A stretch of DNA of 64,000 nt, from positions 182,218,001 through 182,282,000 of the forward strand of contig NW_027362767.1 of the NCBI RefSeq assembly GCF_046119375.1, written 5' to 3'. Made by a program: the position numbers and the translations under genes. Shown here in pieces: positions 39,585 to 52,649 of this stretch. The notes under the pieces were generated by a model. That model saw nothing but the letters and a program-made list of their open reading frames with translations. It did no database searches and was not told the origin of the DNA. Source of the stretch: Phyllobates terribilis (taxonomy: Eukaryota). Numbering within the stretch: position 1 is the stretch's first letter; the number at the start of each line of letters is the position of its first letter.

Positions 39585-41754
39585 AGTTAGTGTTATTATG
39601 ACATCATGATTTCATTAGGGGGAAAGGGCTCTCTGGTCAGGACCCTCTTCCTTTTATCTCCTTACCAAATGCTGCAGAATAGCGGTGGTTTGGGGTCCTG
39701 AGACCACCGAGCTGTGTGTGGCCCATATCCTCTCTATTGAGCTTGTACGTGTTCATGCTGGAGGAGTTTGAGTGATGGGGGCGCAGGAAGGGGTATAATG
39801 TATACAAAATGTGAGATTGGGGAGAACGTTAGAGGAGGCAGGGGCTCGAACAGGTACTTCAGGTCCGCGCTGTACAAGCTCGTGTAGCCTCCATTGCAGG
39901 ACACAGCGGCATAAACCCATGCTTTTTTTTCTCTTTTGGAGGCAGAAACTGGTCTGTCTCCTCGTGACACTAAGCTAAAATGAATGGCTTTTCAGTAGGC
40001 GGTTGTAGCCCGCTTTTGGAGTTGTAATGTGTATTGTCAGCCTCGTGGTGGCAGCAGTGTACACACGGTCTCCTGTATCCCCCAATGAAACAACCTGCAC
40101 CCCCATTGTCTGTATTGCAGGACACTGCTGCTTACACACGTGGTTGCCCTGTGTCCCCGCTGAATTGAGGAGAGGATTTTGGGTAGGCGATGTAAAATTT
40201 CTTTTGCTGGACATAACAGCATACAGCCCCAGTGTCCTGTGTCCCCAGAGGAGCGACAGAAAAGGACTTTAGGTACTCCCCATAAATTCTCTTGTAGGCC
40301 TCATTGTCGGACACGGCCGCCTACAGCCATGTGGTTCTTGTGTCCTCAGTGACCCCCACAGAACAATTCCTTGTAGGGGCTTATTCCCAATCTCTAGGAT
40401 AGCGGACCCACAGTGATCACAATAAAGCTTCACAGCCACCATGTTGGATGGAGGTGAACAAGTCCCCACCATTGTGAGGGGACTGTCAAAAGTATTGGCA
40501 GTAAATCCAGAGAAATTGATTTCCCACCACCGATGTTATAGCCCTTCATTCTCTGGAGCAGTTATCCTAGAGCTGGAGCCAGGAACACACTTTACAAAGG
40601 GAATATGGCATCAGACAATCACATTGTATGTTCAATGTATATAGATTTTTTTTGGTTTTTACCTTTTAGAAATCTTGAAAGTTTCCATATTGGCAAACAG
40701 GTTATACAAGACTATTTCACACACACATTAGCAGCAATAAGTCTGTGCCAGTATTTAGTATTGATGCATGTAATCAGTGTGTGCAAAATGTCATTCTAAA
40801 CCTGACTCTGATGATAATGAGACTGCTGAAAAGATAGTAAATGGCCCCAGGGACCAGTGTGAAGAGAGCAAGATGACTTGTTTGGTTTAATAAAAATCAT
40901 GAGAGAGAAGAATTTAAAAGACAAAACCTGATTTAAAGGAGAATGTGTTACTAGAAAATGACCTACTGCTTAGGTCATGTAATCACAGCCCAGCCATTAT
41001 TCCAAAGATCACGGATCTCATTTATCACATTGCAATTTATTAGTCCACTAGGAAGATGGCGGCGGTCCGAAGGCCGGCCAGGGAGCAGGTAAAAGATAAT
41101 GGCATCAGGATATACCCTCAAAGTTTAAAATTGACTGGAGAGAAAAATCCAATGGTCTCTGTAGAAAATAAGGCAACATCTGGCTCCAAGAAGGAGAAAT
41201 CAGAGCTACGGTAATAAATACATCCGCTACCGCAATAAGACGACGACTAATTCCAGATAGCGGTCAGCGATCATCCAACATGGAGAAGGTGCAGTATTCA
41301 CATTGATTGTCAACATGGCGAATCATGGTACTGAGCTAAGAAACAAACCGTCCTCATCGGTCGGGCAAGACAGTGGTTCAACCCAGGGAGCCGGGCATCA
41401 AAACTCAAGACGAAGGGCAAGGCAAACGAATAATGCCATCGCTGCGATCATCCAGGTCATCAACTCATTCTCCAGACCAAAAAGAAAGAAGAAAGTCATC
41501 TCTGGAGTGTACATCGGGAAGGAACCGGTCCCTCCGATCCAAGCAGCAGCAGGCAAAGGCGAAACAGGCTTTATACACCATAATGGGGAGAAGACAGATT
41601 TCTAGATTAATGTAAAAAAAAAAAAAAAAAAATATAAAAATGTCCAGTGGAGACACTCCACTCATCACCTTCCATGGTTAGTAAGGAAGGTCTCCGAGAT
41701 GTTGGCAAGGTAGGTATCAGTAGTGTGAGAGGGAGGGGAGTCGGTATTGGGCCC

Positions 41755-44700
41755 TCATTCCGCCTTGTGGTGGTTGTTGTTTTGCAAAGAATGACCATTG
41801 GATACCACCCCGTTCTTGGCGGGTTCTTCATCGTCTTCATCTGGAATGTCAGTTTCGTCTTTGTCACTTCTCTCATCTTGCTCCAGCTATTAGAAAACAA
41901 GTGAAAGTTACTCTCAGACAAGAGAACAACCCTGAGAAAGGTCAGGCTCGAGCGTGGGCCGGGTACTCGGGCACATGGGCCCTCGTCCTTACAAGCCTGC
42001 GAAACGGCACAGAGTTGCAAAAGCTGACCAGAATGGTGCTGTAGTAGCATTAGGAGGTCCTGCTAGGATACATATAAAGGCTGCCCATTTAAAAGGGTTA
42101 TTCCAATCATCAAAAATGAGTGTTTTTACAAGCACTGTCCAAAAACAAGTACATTTGCAATTTACTGCTTATTAAAATTTGGAGTAGTTCTTGATATATT
42201 AACACTTTTCTTGCGTTTATATCTTGTTGGCGAGGAGACCAACCAATGTGGCTTTCTAGCTTGCCTAGTGGTAAAGGGTTTGTAAGCACTGCGCATGTTT
42301 TACTGTCTTAGCAGCGATGGTCGGTCTCCAAGGAAACGAGCTGTAAATAATTGATCTCAAAAATGGCAGAAAATTGCTTGTATTTAACAGTACCTTCTAA
42401 ATCATTTATAAAAATGGGAATAATCCTTTAGCATTACACTGTATTCAAATGGATTATGAAAGTGATTACACCAGCCTCATCAAGTCTAAGATCTGTTTAA
42501 CACTGTGAGAAACCTGACGACAGATTCACAGTTATCTGTCAATTCTTCCCCAAAAACATACATAAACGTGTGCCTTACCTTGCCCGTAAGAAACTTGTGG
42601 GCCATGCCAAGGATAAGGTAAGCCCAGAATATGTGCAGACATTGTAGTACCCACAGCATGGCATTGAAAAAGTAATAACCAAAGAAGGCTGGGTAAATCT
42701 CTACGGGGTAAACCCAGGTGCAATGGAGGATCCTGCAAAAGATGAGAGAAGAAAAGTCTGACAACATCTGGAGAAGTGAAAACAGGCTCTAGGGCGTCTG
42801 GGCCGGCAGCCAACGAGCCAGGCGCTAGGGCGCCGGCAGCCAACGAGCCAGGCGCTAGGGCGCCGGCAGCCAACGAGCCAGGCGCTAGGGCGCCGGCAGC
42901 CAACGAGCCAGGCGCTAGGGCGCCGGCAGCCAACAAGCCAGTATCAGCGTTAGGAGGTTTCTGATTGAAAGGCCTCTGGCGGTAAAGAAGAAATGGTGGG
43001 ATATTGACCGTTTTGATGACTTCAGCCACTCACCAGAACGGAAAGATGATGATCCTTGTGACGATGAAGACAAAAGCGAACACCACAAACAGGTTGTTAC
43101 AGGTCTCCTTCCAGCCGGCGTAGTTAAACATCTTTGCAGACTGTAATGAGAGAAAAAACACAAACAAACACTGTCACATCCCCTTCATTGGTGCTACTCC
43201 AAAACCATGGCTGTGAATACCTCCACTGCTTTATGGAGCAAGTCAATGAGTAGATTATCCACTGTGCCTGACATTCACCTGAAAAGGAGGGTGGAGCTTC
43301 TCTCAGCCAATCAGCCTCTGCACAAAGCTCCGCCCCAACTGTCCTTTCCAGTTGAAGGCCAGGCACACCAAGTGTTTATGGTACCAACTGAGCCTTCAGA
43401 ACAGATACATATATTACAAGAGCTTACCTCTAGGAAAAAATCAGAGGCGTCATGAATGACCAATACCAAAGTACCCACGCGGATGTAGTTAGCGCACCAC
43501 GAGAAGCTGATTAGCACAATTGTGGCCACGTGGTGGATGATCTGCTCCTGAAAGTCCTGGATGAGACAAAAAACAAAAAAATCTTATCTAAAAAGAATTA
43601 ACATTGCAATCTGCAGTATACGTCTTACACTCCATTCATAATTCTGACTTTAGCCCCCTGATGACAGAAGAGCGAGGAGTAGCTGAAGATCAACACTAAC
43701 CTTCCGCTTGACGTCAAACGCCACTCTGAAGAGTAGAGACCAGTAAAATCCCAGCGAGATCATGTAATACCAGTACTGGGATGGGAGCATAGTCTGCAGG
43801 AGGAGAGAGATGGTGAGCAGGACCCACAGAGGCGAGGGGGCTCAGTACACATTCCTGGCAATATGGGAAGTACCTGCTTAGGGAAATCTCTCCACACCTC
43901 TCGCAGATCCTGAAACCAGGGTTTCTGCACAAAGGTAACAAAAATAAATAATCTATACACATCATACATCCATATACGTTACACACAAGGTCGCCCTTTA
44001 CGATAACTACTATGAGCGTCAACACAATAACATCACACAGCAGAGGAGTACTCACGTCTGCCAGGACGGCAATGCCAGCAATGAAAGCAAGAAGATAATA
44101 GGTGAATCTCCAACTGTGAAAATAAGAGGCAGACCTCTGATTGGCCAGGAGTAAGAACACAAATTCCCCCCTAAAAAATGCAAGTCTTTAAAAGATCCAC
44201 CCCACTTTTAGCCATGCTATGGGAACTGCCATGATTTGGAAGATCGCCGCACTACTTTTACATTTCTTGGTCCGTCTTCCATTATGACCAGTGGAATCTT
44301 GTGCTGCAGTTACTCCATCTGATATGATAGGTGGCGCTATAGACATGATCAGCATGTACCTGGCTTCCCGAAACTTTTTCTGTAGACTCGGCCGGTCCTG
44401 GTTTCTTCTCCGGCGGAACCATCTCTCCACCTGGCGTACAGTAATTTTACTTGCCCTCGACAAGTTTTCCAGCTCTCCCTGTCAGGAATCGTGCAATAAT
44501 GATAATATCATACCACACAATGACATGCTGGAACTGTCTGAGCACCAAAGCCCCGGCCCGTAAGGAGGGGCGTGGGGAGCCCCCCAGCCAAAGCCCCGGC
44601 CCGCAGGAAGGGCGCGCACCCCCAGCCAAAGCCCCGGCCCGCAGGAAGGGCGCGCACCCCCAGCCAAAGCCCCGGCCCGCAGGAAGGGCGCGCACCCCCA

Positions 44701-46482
44701 GCCAAAGCCCCGGCCTGTAAGGAGGGGCGTGGCGAGCCCTCCAGCCAAAGCCCCGGCCCGCAGGAAGGGCGCGCCCCCCCAGCCAAAGCCCCGGCCCGCA
44801 GGAAGGGCGCGCCCCCCCCAGCCAAAGCCCCGGCCCGCAGGAAGGGCGCGCCCCCCCCCCAGCCAAAGCCCCGGCCCGCAGGAAGGGCGCGCCCCCCCAG
44901 CCAAAGCCCCGGCCCGCAGGAAGGGCGCGCCCCCCCCAGCCAAAGCCCCGGCCCGCAGGAAGGGCGCGCCCCCCCCCCAGCCAAAGCCCCGGCCCGCAGG
45001 AAGGGCGCACCCCCCCAGCCAAAGCCCCGGCCCGCAGGAAGGGTGCGCACCCCCAGCCAAAGCCCCGGCCTGTAAGGAGGGGCGTGGCGAGCCCTCCAGC
45101 CAAAGCCCCGGCCTGCAGGAAGGGCGCGCCCCCCCAGCCAAAGCCCCAGCCCGCAGGAAGGGCGCGCACCCCCAGCCAAAGCCCCGGCGCGCACCCCCAG
45201 CCAAAGCCCCGACCTGTAAGGAGGGGCGTGGCGAGCCCTCCAGCCAAAGCCCCGGCGCGCCCCCCCCCCCCCAGCCAAAGCCCCGGCCCGCAGGAAGGGC
45301 GCGCCCCCCCCAGCCAAAGCCCCGGCCCGTAGGAGGGGCGCGCCCCCCCCAGCCAAAGCCCCGGCCCATAGGGGCATCCCAACCAAATCTAGAACCCTTT
45401 ATGCATAGAGGTTTTCCAGCCGACCTTTAATCTCATTGCCTACGGTGACATCAGACATACCAGACCCGAATCCCACCCAATGGTGACATCATCCCCCCCC
45501 CCCCTTCCGGCCCCACTTCCCAAAGTGACATCACACCTGCTTGGGATGTTTTGAGCAGCTTTTATAGAAGGACTCCAGGACCGGATTATGTGCCGCCCGC
45601 AGCTTCACCTTGTCCTTCACGCCCAGTACCTTGGCGAATGGGGAAGCCACATAACTGCAAGACATATCACAGGAAATTCATATACAAGACACAGGTCAGG
45701 GATATACTCCGCTCCGGCGTACATACATGTGAAGGAGCAGACCTGCAGTGCAAAGTATGAGGCCAACAGTTGATTATATAATTTAAATTAATAAAACTAA
45801 AATCAAGGAATACGATCACATCCAGGTCTGAACGGGGGCAAAAATAAAAACAATTCAAAGAAGTTTTATACTTTTAGTACTGGATGCATGCAGGCACGCC
45901 CAGTTGTTAATTTATTCACACATTTCCAGAAACAGGAATAGCAGGACACAGCGTAATAATAAAAAAGATGAGCCACAATTGTATTATGGAGAATATAAGT
46001 ATTTACTAAAAGAGACATGTCAGGAGAGCGGACGGAGAGAAGGGTTCTAGAAATCATTTTGAATTGTCGATATCTTTATATGTCTGGATGACCTAAGATT
46101 AAAATGATAAAGTCTAATGCTATACATGAAATAAGAGGCCGAAAACCCCCCGAAAACAACTGGCATTGAGTGTACAAAAATAAAATTAAATAATAATAGC
46201 TGCCATACCACACTTGACCACTAGATGTCCCCAAGAGCCAACGATCTGATCGACATGGTCGAATCTCAATCTCCCCAAGTTTCATCACGGGAAACACGAA
46301 TATACTTACATCTCAAAGAAGTACCGTACTATAAGGAAGAGGAAAGCGAGAGGGATGGAGATGTACAAGTCGGAAGCTTTGGCGTATACCCGGCCATCCT
46401 GATCTTCGAGGTCTGTCCACGTCAGGTTCTTCGGAAGCCAGAGCCGGTGCCACCAGAAGTAGTCGTAAGCAGTTTGCAACAT
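41755..46482 (-). CDS. CERS2: Ceramide synthase 2 (Hox-like domain plus TLC/Lag1p domain), 377 aa
   Basis: Minus-strand exons, all GT-AG and phase-consistent: 46482-46310, 45654-45537, 44478-44360, 44113-44056, 43924-43874, 43793-43701, 43556-43428, 43140-43034, 42732-42579, 41886-41755; sum 1134 nt. [22 protein letters not shown]...[28 protein letters not shown], Lag1p IIHHVAT...IHDASD, acidic tail. Convergent with SETDB1 as in human. Confidence 0.96.
42089..42431. mobile_element. TTAA-flanked hairpin MITE (T2/Kolobok-like)
   Basis: TTAA|AAGGGTTATTCC ... GGAATAATCCT termini; homologous to the 29.3 kb copy. Confidence 0.6.
42802..42940. repeat. 30-bp tandem repeat, about 4.5 copies, in a CERS2 intron
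   Basis: GCCGGCAGCCAACGAGCCAGGCGCTAGGGC units. Confidence 0.93.
44544..45370. repeat. GC-rich 37-45 bp variant minisatellite filling most of a CERS2 intron
   Basis: Core CCAGCCAAAGCCCCGGCCCGCAGGAAGGGCGCG with a variable C run and interspersed TAAGGAGGGGCGTGG variants. Confidence 0.94.
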
Positions 46483-47143
46483 CCTGCGGGGGAAGAGAGA
46501 GGTTGCTAGAAAACGTTCACTTCTGATGAGGCCGGTACACGGCACAGATAGCAGAGGTATTACAAGACCGGAACCGGCGAGCTTCAGCTCAGAATACACA
46601 GAGAAAGATTCAAGTGTAGCAAATCCTCAGCTGTATAGGGTATTACAACAGAAAACTAGAGGTCTCCATGCACTGACAGCTAGTCTCCTTGCAGAGGACA
46701 TCACACAATCACTGCAGCTAATCATCGGCCACCGATTAGCTGCAGAGGTCATTTACTGATTGTGCCAGAAGAGATGAGATATTGCGGGGGGGGGGGGTCT
46801 AGTAGTAAATAATGGACAATCCCTTTAAGATTTAATTAAAACCAAGTAGCAGAGGCAGAGCAGCTTGTTTCTGTATAATGGTTGACGCCCTGGGAGAGCG
46901 GCGGCTGGAAGCCACCCCGGAGATGTCCGCACACGCAGCAGTGCCCCGACGAGTCCGCCCAGTCTCACTTCCAAGTCTTGCAGGTTCCATGTGCCGAAGG
47001 GGGAAATTATTTGCCTGAGATCTGTTTCCATTTGTAAATCTATGCAAAGCTTCATCTAAACATGAGGATCAGCAGCTTCATCAGGAGGTCGGCTCAGGCC
47101 AATCTGCATTCTAGGGAGCCACTATGGCACACAGCTTAAGGCT

Positions 47144-47686
47144 TTAAAGGGCTCATTCCCATCTTCATAAATGGGTGTTTCTGAAAAGTACTTGTAAAAA
47201 CAAGCAATTTTGCAATTTGCTGCTTATTAAAGTTTTCAGCCGTTCGAGATATTAAATACTTTGCACCTCTGATTGCTAAAGAGGAAAAAAAGGAGGAGTT
47301 TGGAGTTTTCCCCTTGGGGTTGGTTGATCAAATGACTGCTTTCTCAACAGCGCCACTCATGTCCATAGGATGGGTCGAGTACTGCAGCCCAGCCACGAGT
47401 TTTTGAATGCAATACCATACATAGCCTGTGTACAAGGGTGGCACCGTTAGTATATTAGGAGCATGCTTTTTTTCCTCCATCAGCCAGAGGTGGGTTGTCC
47501 CGTCCTTGTGGAGATATAGCACACTATCCAGCTGATCAGTCTTCGGCAGCTACTTCCATGCAGTTTTCTAAGTCTGTATTGGAGGAAAAAAAAGTCTATT
47601 TCCACTTCCCCTCATCTCCCCAACTATATCCATCTATATTTTTTTTATGTATCACTTTTACTATATTAACATCGCTGCCCCTTTAA
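47144..47686. mobile_element. TTAA-flanked MITE remnant(s), T2/Kolobok-like
   Basis: TTAA|AGGG start, CCCT|TTAA end; the left part is homologous to the 29.3 and 42.1 kb copies. Confidence 0.45.
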
Positions 47687-48735
47687 TGTAAATTACACAT
47701 GTCACATGACCACAGGCTGGTGGTCACTTAGAGCAAGCAAGGTCTAACAGTCAATAAAATGGATAGGAACCATTAAATACTGGAGCAGGAAAGGAAGAAG
47801 CCATGCCGCTAGTGAGCCCATATTGGTCTGACCCCTTGTAACAGAGACCATAAGGGCACAATTTGAGAAGATGGAGCTCCCCTTTAAGAGAGTAAGTTTT
47901 TGAGTGGAGACGGCCTGGGGCTGCTAAATGCAACAGCTCCGCCGCTTCATGCGACTCCGCTGTGTAACCTTATATTTGTTCTTTGATCATTAGCAAACAT
48001 GTTGGGAGGCTTTTTGCTGTGTGGGAGCGTTGCTTTTATCTGCTGTACAACTGTCACCTTGTGACAATGGCTCTGCGCTCCCCCCATAATGAGACGTAAC
48101 ACTGCGCAAGATACAGGAAACTGGATGCTCAAGGTGGGCAAACCACCGGCTCCATCAGGGACCACTCCTTTCAGAACGCGGCTCAACTGACTGCCGAAAT
48201 GCCACCAACTCTCAGCAAGCAGTTGTATTTGCCTTCAGGCTGTCTCTGCTGCGGTGACCGTTTATTTCGGTGGCTGCCCCGGGCAGTGAGGTTTACCCCT
48301 CGTTAGTAGTAGCCTGTGCTGCAAGCTAGGAAGAGGGGCCTCAGCGGACACAGATGAAGGGGTTAAGTAGTAAATCCTTTAATGGCAGTAGTTTATCAAC
48401 CCCTTTAAGAAGGGGAGGCGTTTCACTTATCTCCACCATCAAGCCAGTTGGGTTTACATGAAAACACAAATGTAGACACATTTAAAGGGGGCCGGTGGAG
48501 ATAGTTACATAGCATGGAGGACGGCGGGACAGATCCACAAGGACCAGCAAAGGGCAGAACACACCGGTAGGTAAAGGACCAGTCAGGCACCTTAGTAAGT
48601 CTGGGCCAATGGGTGTAAAGACCGCACTTCAGTCGACAGAGGAACGGGCAAAAAATAGAAACTACAAATATAAAATGGGTTTTGAATTTTAAAAAGAAAC
48701 AAACTGCTACTGTAACAGTCAAGCTGAAGGCAAAT

Positions 48736-50920
48736 GTCAGGCTCTGCCCCCAGGACCTGCACTAGCCAGCAAGCAAACCACTACTGTAACCAAGCAGAAG
48801 CCAAGTGTCAGGCTCTGCCCCCAGGACCTGCACTAGCCAGCAAGCAAACCACTACTGTAACCAAGCAGAAGCCAAGTGTCAGGCTCCGCCCCCAGGACCT
48901 GCACTAGCCAGCAAGCAAACCACTACTGTAACCAAGCAGAAGCCAAGTGTCAGGCTCCGCCCCCAGGACCTGCACTAGCCAGCAAGCAAACCACTACTGT
49001 AACCAAGCAGAAGCCAAGTGTCAGGCTCCGCCCCCAGGACCTGCACTAGCCAGCAAGCAAACCACTACTGTAACCAAGCAGAAGCCAAGTGTCAGGCTCC
49101 GCCCCCAGGACCTGCACTAGCCAGCAAGCAAACCACTACTGTAACCAAGCAGAAGCCAAGTGTCAGGCTCCGCCCCCAGGACCTGCACTAGCCAGCAAGC
49201 AAACCACTACTGTAACCAAGCAGAAGCCAAGTGTCAGGCTCCGCCCCCAGGACCTGCACTAGCCAGCAAGCAAACCACTACTGTAACCAAGCAGAAGCCA
49301 AGTGTCAGGCTCCGCCCCCAGGACCTGCACTAGCCAGCAAGCAAACCACTACTGTAACCAAGCAGAAGCCAAGTGTCAGGCTCTGCCCCCAGGACCTGCA
49401 CTAGCCAGCAAGCAAACCACTACTGTAACCAAGCAGAAGCCAAGTGTCAGGCTCTGCCCCCAGGACCTGCACTAGCCAGCAAGCAAACCACTACTGTAAC
49501 CAAGCAGAAGCCAAGTATCAGGCTCTGCCCCCAGGACCTGCACTAGCCAGCAAGCGAACCACTACTGTAACCAAGCAGAAGCCAAGTGTCAGGCTCTGCC
49601 CCCAGGACCTGCACTAGCCAGCAAGCAAACCACTCGTAACCAAGCAGAAGCCAAGTGTCAGGCTCCGCCCCCAGGACCTGCACTAGCCAGCAAGCAAACC
49701 ACTACTGTAACCAAGCAGAAGCCAAGTGTCAGGCTCCGCCCCCAGGACCTGCACTAGCCAGCAAGCAAACCACTACTGTAACCAAGCAGAAGCCAAGTGT
49801 CAGGCTCCGCCCCCAGGACCTGCACTAGCCAGCAAGCAAACCACTACTGTAACCAAGCAGAAGCCAAGTGTCAGGCTCCGCCCCCAGGACCTGCACTAGC
49901 CAGCAAGCAAACCACTACTGTAACCAAGCAGAAGCCAAGTGTCAGGCTCCGCCCCCAGGACCTGCACTAGCCAGCAAGCAAACCACTACTGTAACCAAGC
50001 AGAAGCCAAGTGTCAGGCTCCGCCCCCAGGACCTGCACTAGGCAGCAAGCAAACCACTACTGTAACCAAGCAGAAGCCAAGTGTCAGGCTCTGCCCCCAG
50101 GACCTGCACTAGGCAGCAAGCAAACCACTACTGTAACCAAACAGAAGCCAAGTGTCAGGCTCCGCCCCCAGGACCTGCACTAGCCAGCAAGCAAACCACT
50201 ACTGTAACCAAGCAGAAGCCAAGTGTCAGACTCCGCCCCCAGGACCTGCACTAGCCAGCAAGCAAACCACTACTGTAACCAAGCAGAAGCCAAGTGTCAG
50301 GCTCCGCCCCCAAGATCTGCACTGGGCAGCAAGCAAACCACTACTGTAATTGCCAAGCAGAAGCCAAGTGTCAGGCTCCGCCCCCAAGATCTGCACTGGG
50401 CAGCAAGCGAACCACTACTGTAACTGCCAAGCAGAAGCCAAGTTTCAGGCTCCGCCCCCAAGATCTGCACTGGGCAGCAAGCGAACCACTGCTGTAACTG
50501 CCAAGCAGAAGCCAAGTGTCAGGCTCTGCCCCCAGGACCTGCACTAGCCAGCAAGCGAACCACTGCTGTAACTGCCAAGCAGAAGCCAAGTGTCAGGCTC
50601 CGCCCCCAAGATCTGCACTGGGCAGCAAGCGAACCACTACTGTAATTGCCAAGCAGAAGCCAAGTGTCAGGCTCCGCCCCCAAGATCTGCACTGGGCAGC
50701 AAGCGAACCACTACTGTAACTGCCAAGCAGAAGCCAAGTGTCAGGCTCTGCCCCCAAGACCTGCACTAGGCAGCAAGCGAACCACTACTGTAACTGCCAA
50801 GCAGAAGCCAAGTGTCAGGCTCTGCCCCCAAGATCTGCACTGGGCAGCAAGCGAACCACTACTGTAACTGCCAAGCAGAAGCCAAGTGTCAGGCTCTGCC
50901 CCCAGGACCTGCATTAGGCA
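48736..50920. repeat. 71/74-bp minisatellite, about 30 copies
   Basis: Unit GTCAGGCTCCGCCCCCAGGACCTGCACTAGCCAGCAAGCAAACCACTACTGTAACCAAGCAGAAGCCAAGT; a 74-bp variant appears from about 50.3 kb. Confidence 0.97.
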
Positions 50921-51261
50921 GCTGCAGTTTTGCTCAGAGTGACTCTTTAGGCTTCTTTAAAGATGTTGTTAGAATCTATGAATTCATAATTTTGTGTCAA
51001 AACTATAAGAGCAAGTTTTTGAACGGACGTATGATGCCCTTGTCAGAGACTCTGGCACCCCCGCTCTAGCGCAGTGCTGCCCCATGTGATACCTTTACCC
51101 CCCACCCCACTGACTACAGCTCTGTCCTACAGTGCCGCCTGATCTGACGGCGCCAGCAGTGGCCCTGGGCAGCTGCCAATGGACTTTGGTCTTATTTTTT
51201 TTCTGGGTGGTGAGAAAGTAGATAAAAACGACAAGTTCTCAGCTGTGGCCGTGGTCACCGT

Positions 51262-51296
<35 letters not shown>

Positions 51297-52300
51297 TACT
51301 CTATGGACCGGTCCATTCAGAGCCCCTGCCTAACCGTTACAGCACTACTGACTTCAGGGACGGAGCAGCCGTGATCAGAGACGTCTCTGTTCCCAATAAG
51401 CATCACAGCGCGATCACCGTGATCTAATATTACATCAAGTGGCAGAAATGGGTTATCCGGGATTACAAACACATGGCCATCTTCTTCCAAAACCAGCGCC
51501 ACCTTTGTCCACAGGCTGCATCTGGAATTACAGCTTGGCACCACTGAATTCAGTCAAATACGATCTCAGTAAGTCGGCGTGCAAGTAACACCATGGAAAT
51601 GTTAATTAATTAATGACGGGGAGGATTCGCCTGCAGATGCCACGTCCCTATGGATTTCCCTAATTGCAGAGAAGACACAATGTTTCTGTGCGTTGGGCCA
51701 GGTGCAGCGGATTAATTAGCGCGCGCTGTGCTGTGGGCGGCTGTCAGGGGAGAACTGCACAATATGGAGATGCCGGGGCGAAAGGGGCACGGTCTATCAG
51801 TGCTGAAAAACACAAATGGTTAAAGATACCTGACGGCACAATAGCCCAGAGGCCACAGTGACCAGCGCTGGGTGACAGGAGGCCGGGAAAGCCTGAAATT
51901 CTACTGTGTGTAACAAGTGATTGCAGGATCAGGTCACCTAAAGTTACTTTAAAAGTTTAGAAAAAAAAAACAAAAACATAAAAGTAAAGAAATAACCATA
52001 AAAAGTTACCACTCCGTGAGTAGAAAGATCCAAGAAATGAACATGAACATATTTGATATTGTGGCATAATAAGCAACTGTCAAAACTAAATAAAAAAGTA
52101 AAATACAACCGACCGACCCGGGTTTCTTGTAAAAGAAAAACATAATGCCGGACCATTTAGATATAAAAGGAGGAAAAGGAAAAAAAAGTTATGGCTCTTG
52201 GAAGACGGGGAGGAAAAAACTAAAGCAAAAAAAATAAAATAAAGTGATCATATCTTTAGAGTTACAGTGGAAGATCAACCGAACTACCCCATACCATATA

Positions 52301-52565
52301 CACTGGCTTGTGAAAGTATTCACTCCCTTTTGGCTTTTTACCTATTTTGTTACATTATAACCTGTGTGTAAATATTATTGTAATCCGATTGTGTGTGATA
52401 CATCAGCACTAAATAGTCTAAATTGGTGAAGTGAGAAAAATATAGGAATAAATTACATTTATGGGATCAAATAGCTATAAATTGGTATGTGCTTATGTAT
52501 TCACCCCTTTTGCTACGAAGCCCCTAAAAATTTATGGTGCAAGTAATTCCCTTCATAAGTCCCAG
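52301..52565 (+). mobile_element. Tc1 (IR/DR type) left-end fragment
   Basis: TA|CACTGGCTTGTGAAAGTATTCACTCCC terminus with an inner direct repeat GTATTCACCCC at about 52.50 kb; no transposase. Confidence 0.55.
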
Positions 52566-52649
52566 ATCATGGTTCCCCACCCTGGGAGACCACCAACGTC
52601 TAAGTATATTAACCAATACAGGCAATGACGGTTGCATGGGGTCCAAGAC

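Noticed and set aside
41047-41065. YY1-like AAGATGGCGGC motif
   Set aside because: An isolated motif in the probable CERS2 3' UTR, with no promoter context.
48736-50920. Regularly spaced repeats resembling a CRISPR array
   Set aside because: The units are contiguous with no unique spacers, the context is eukaryotic and there are no cas genes. The same applies to all arrays here.
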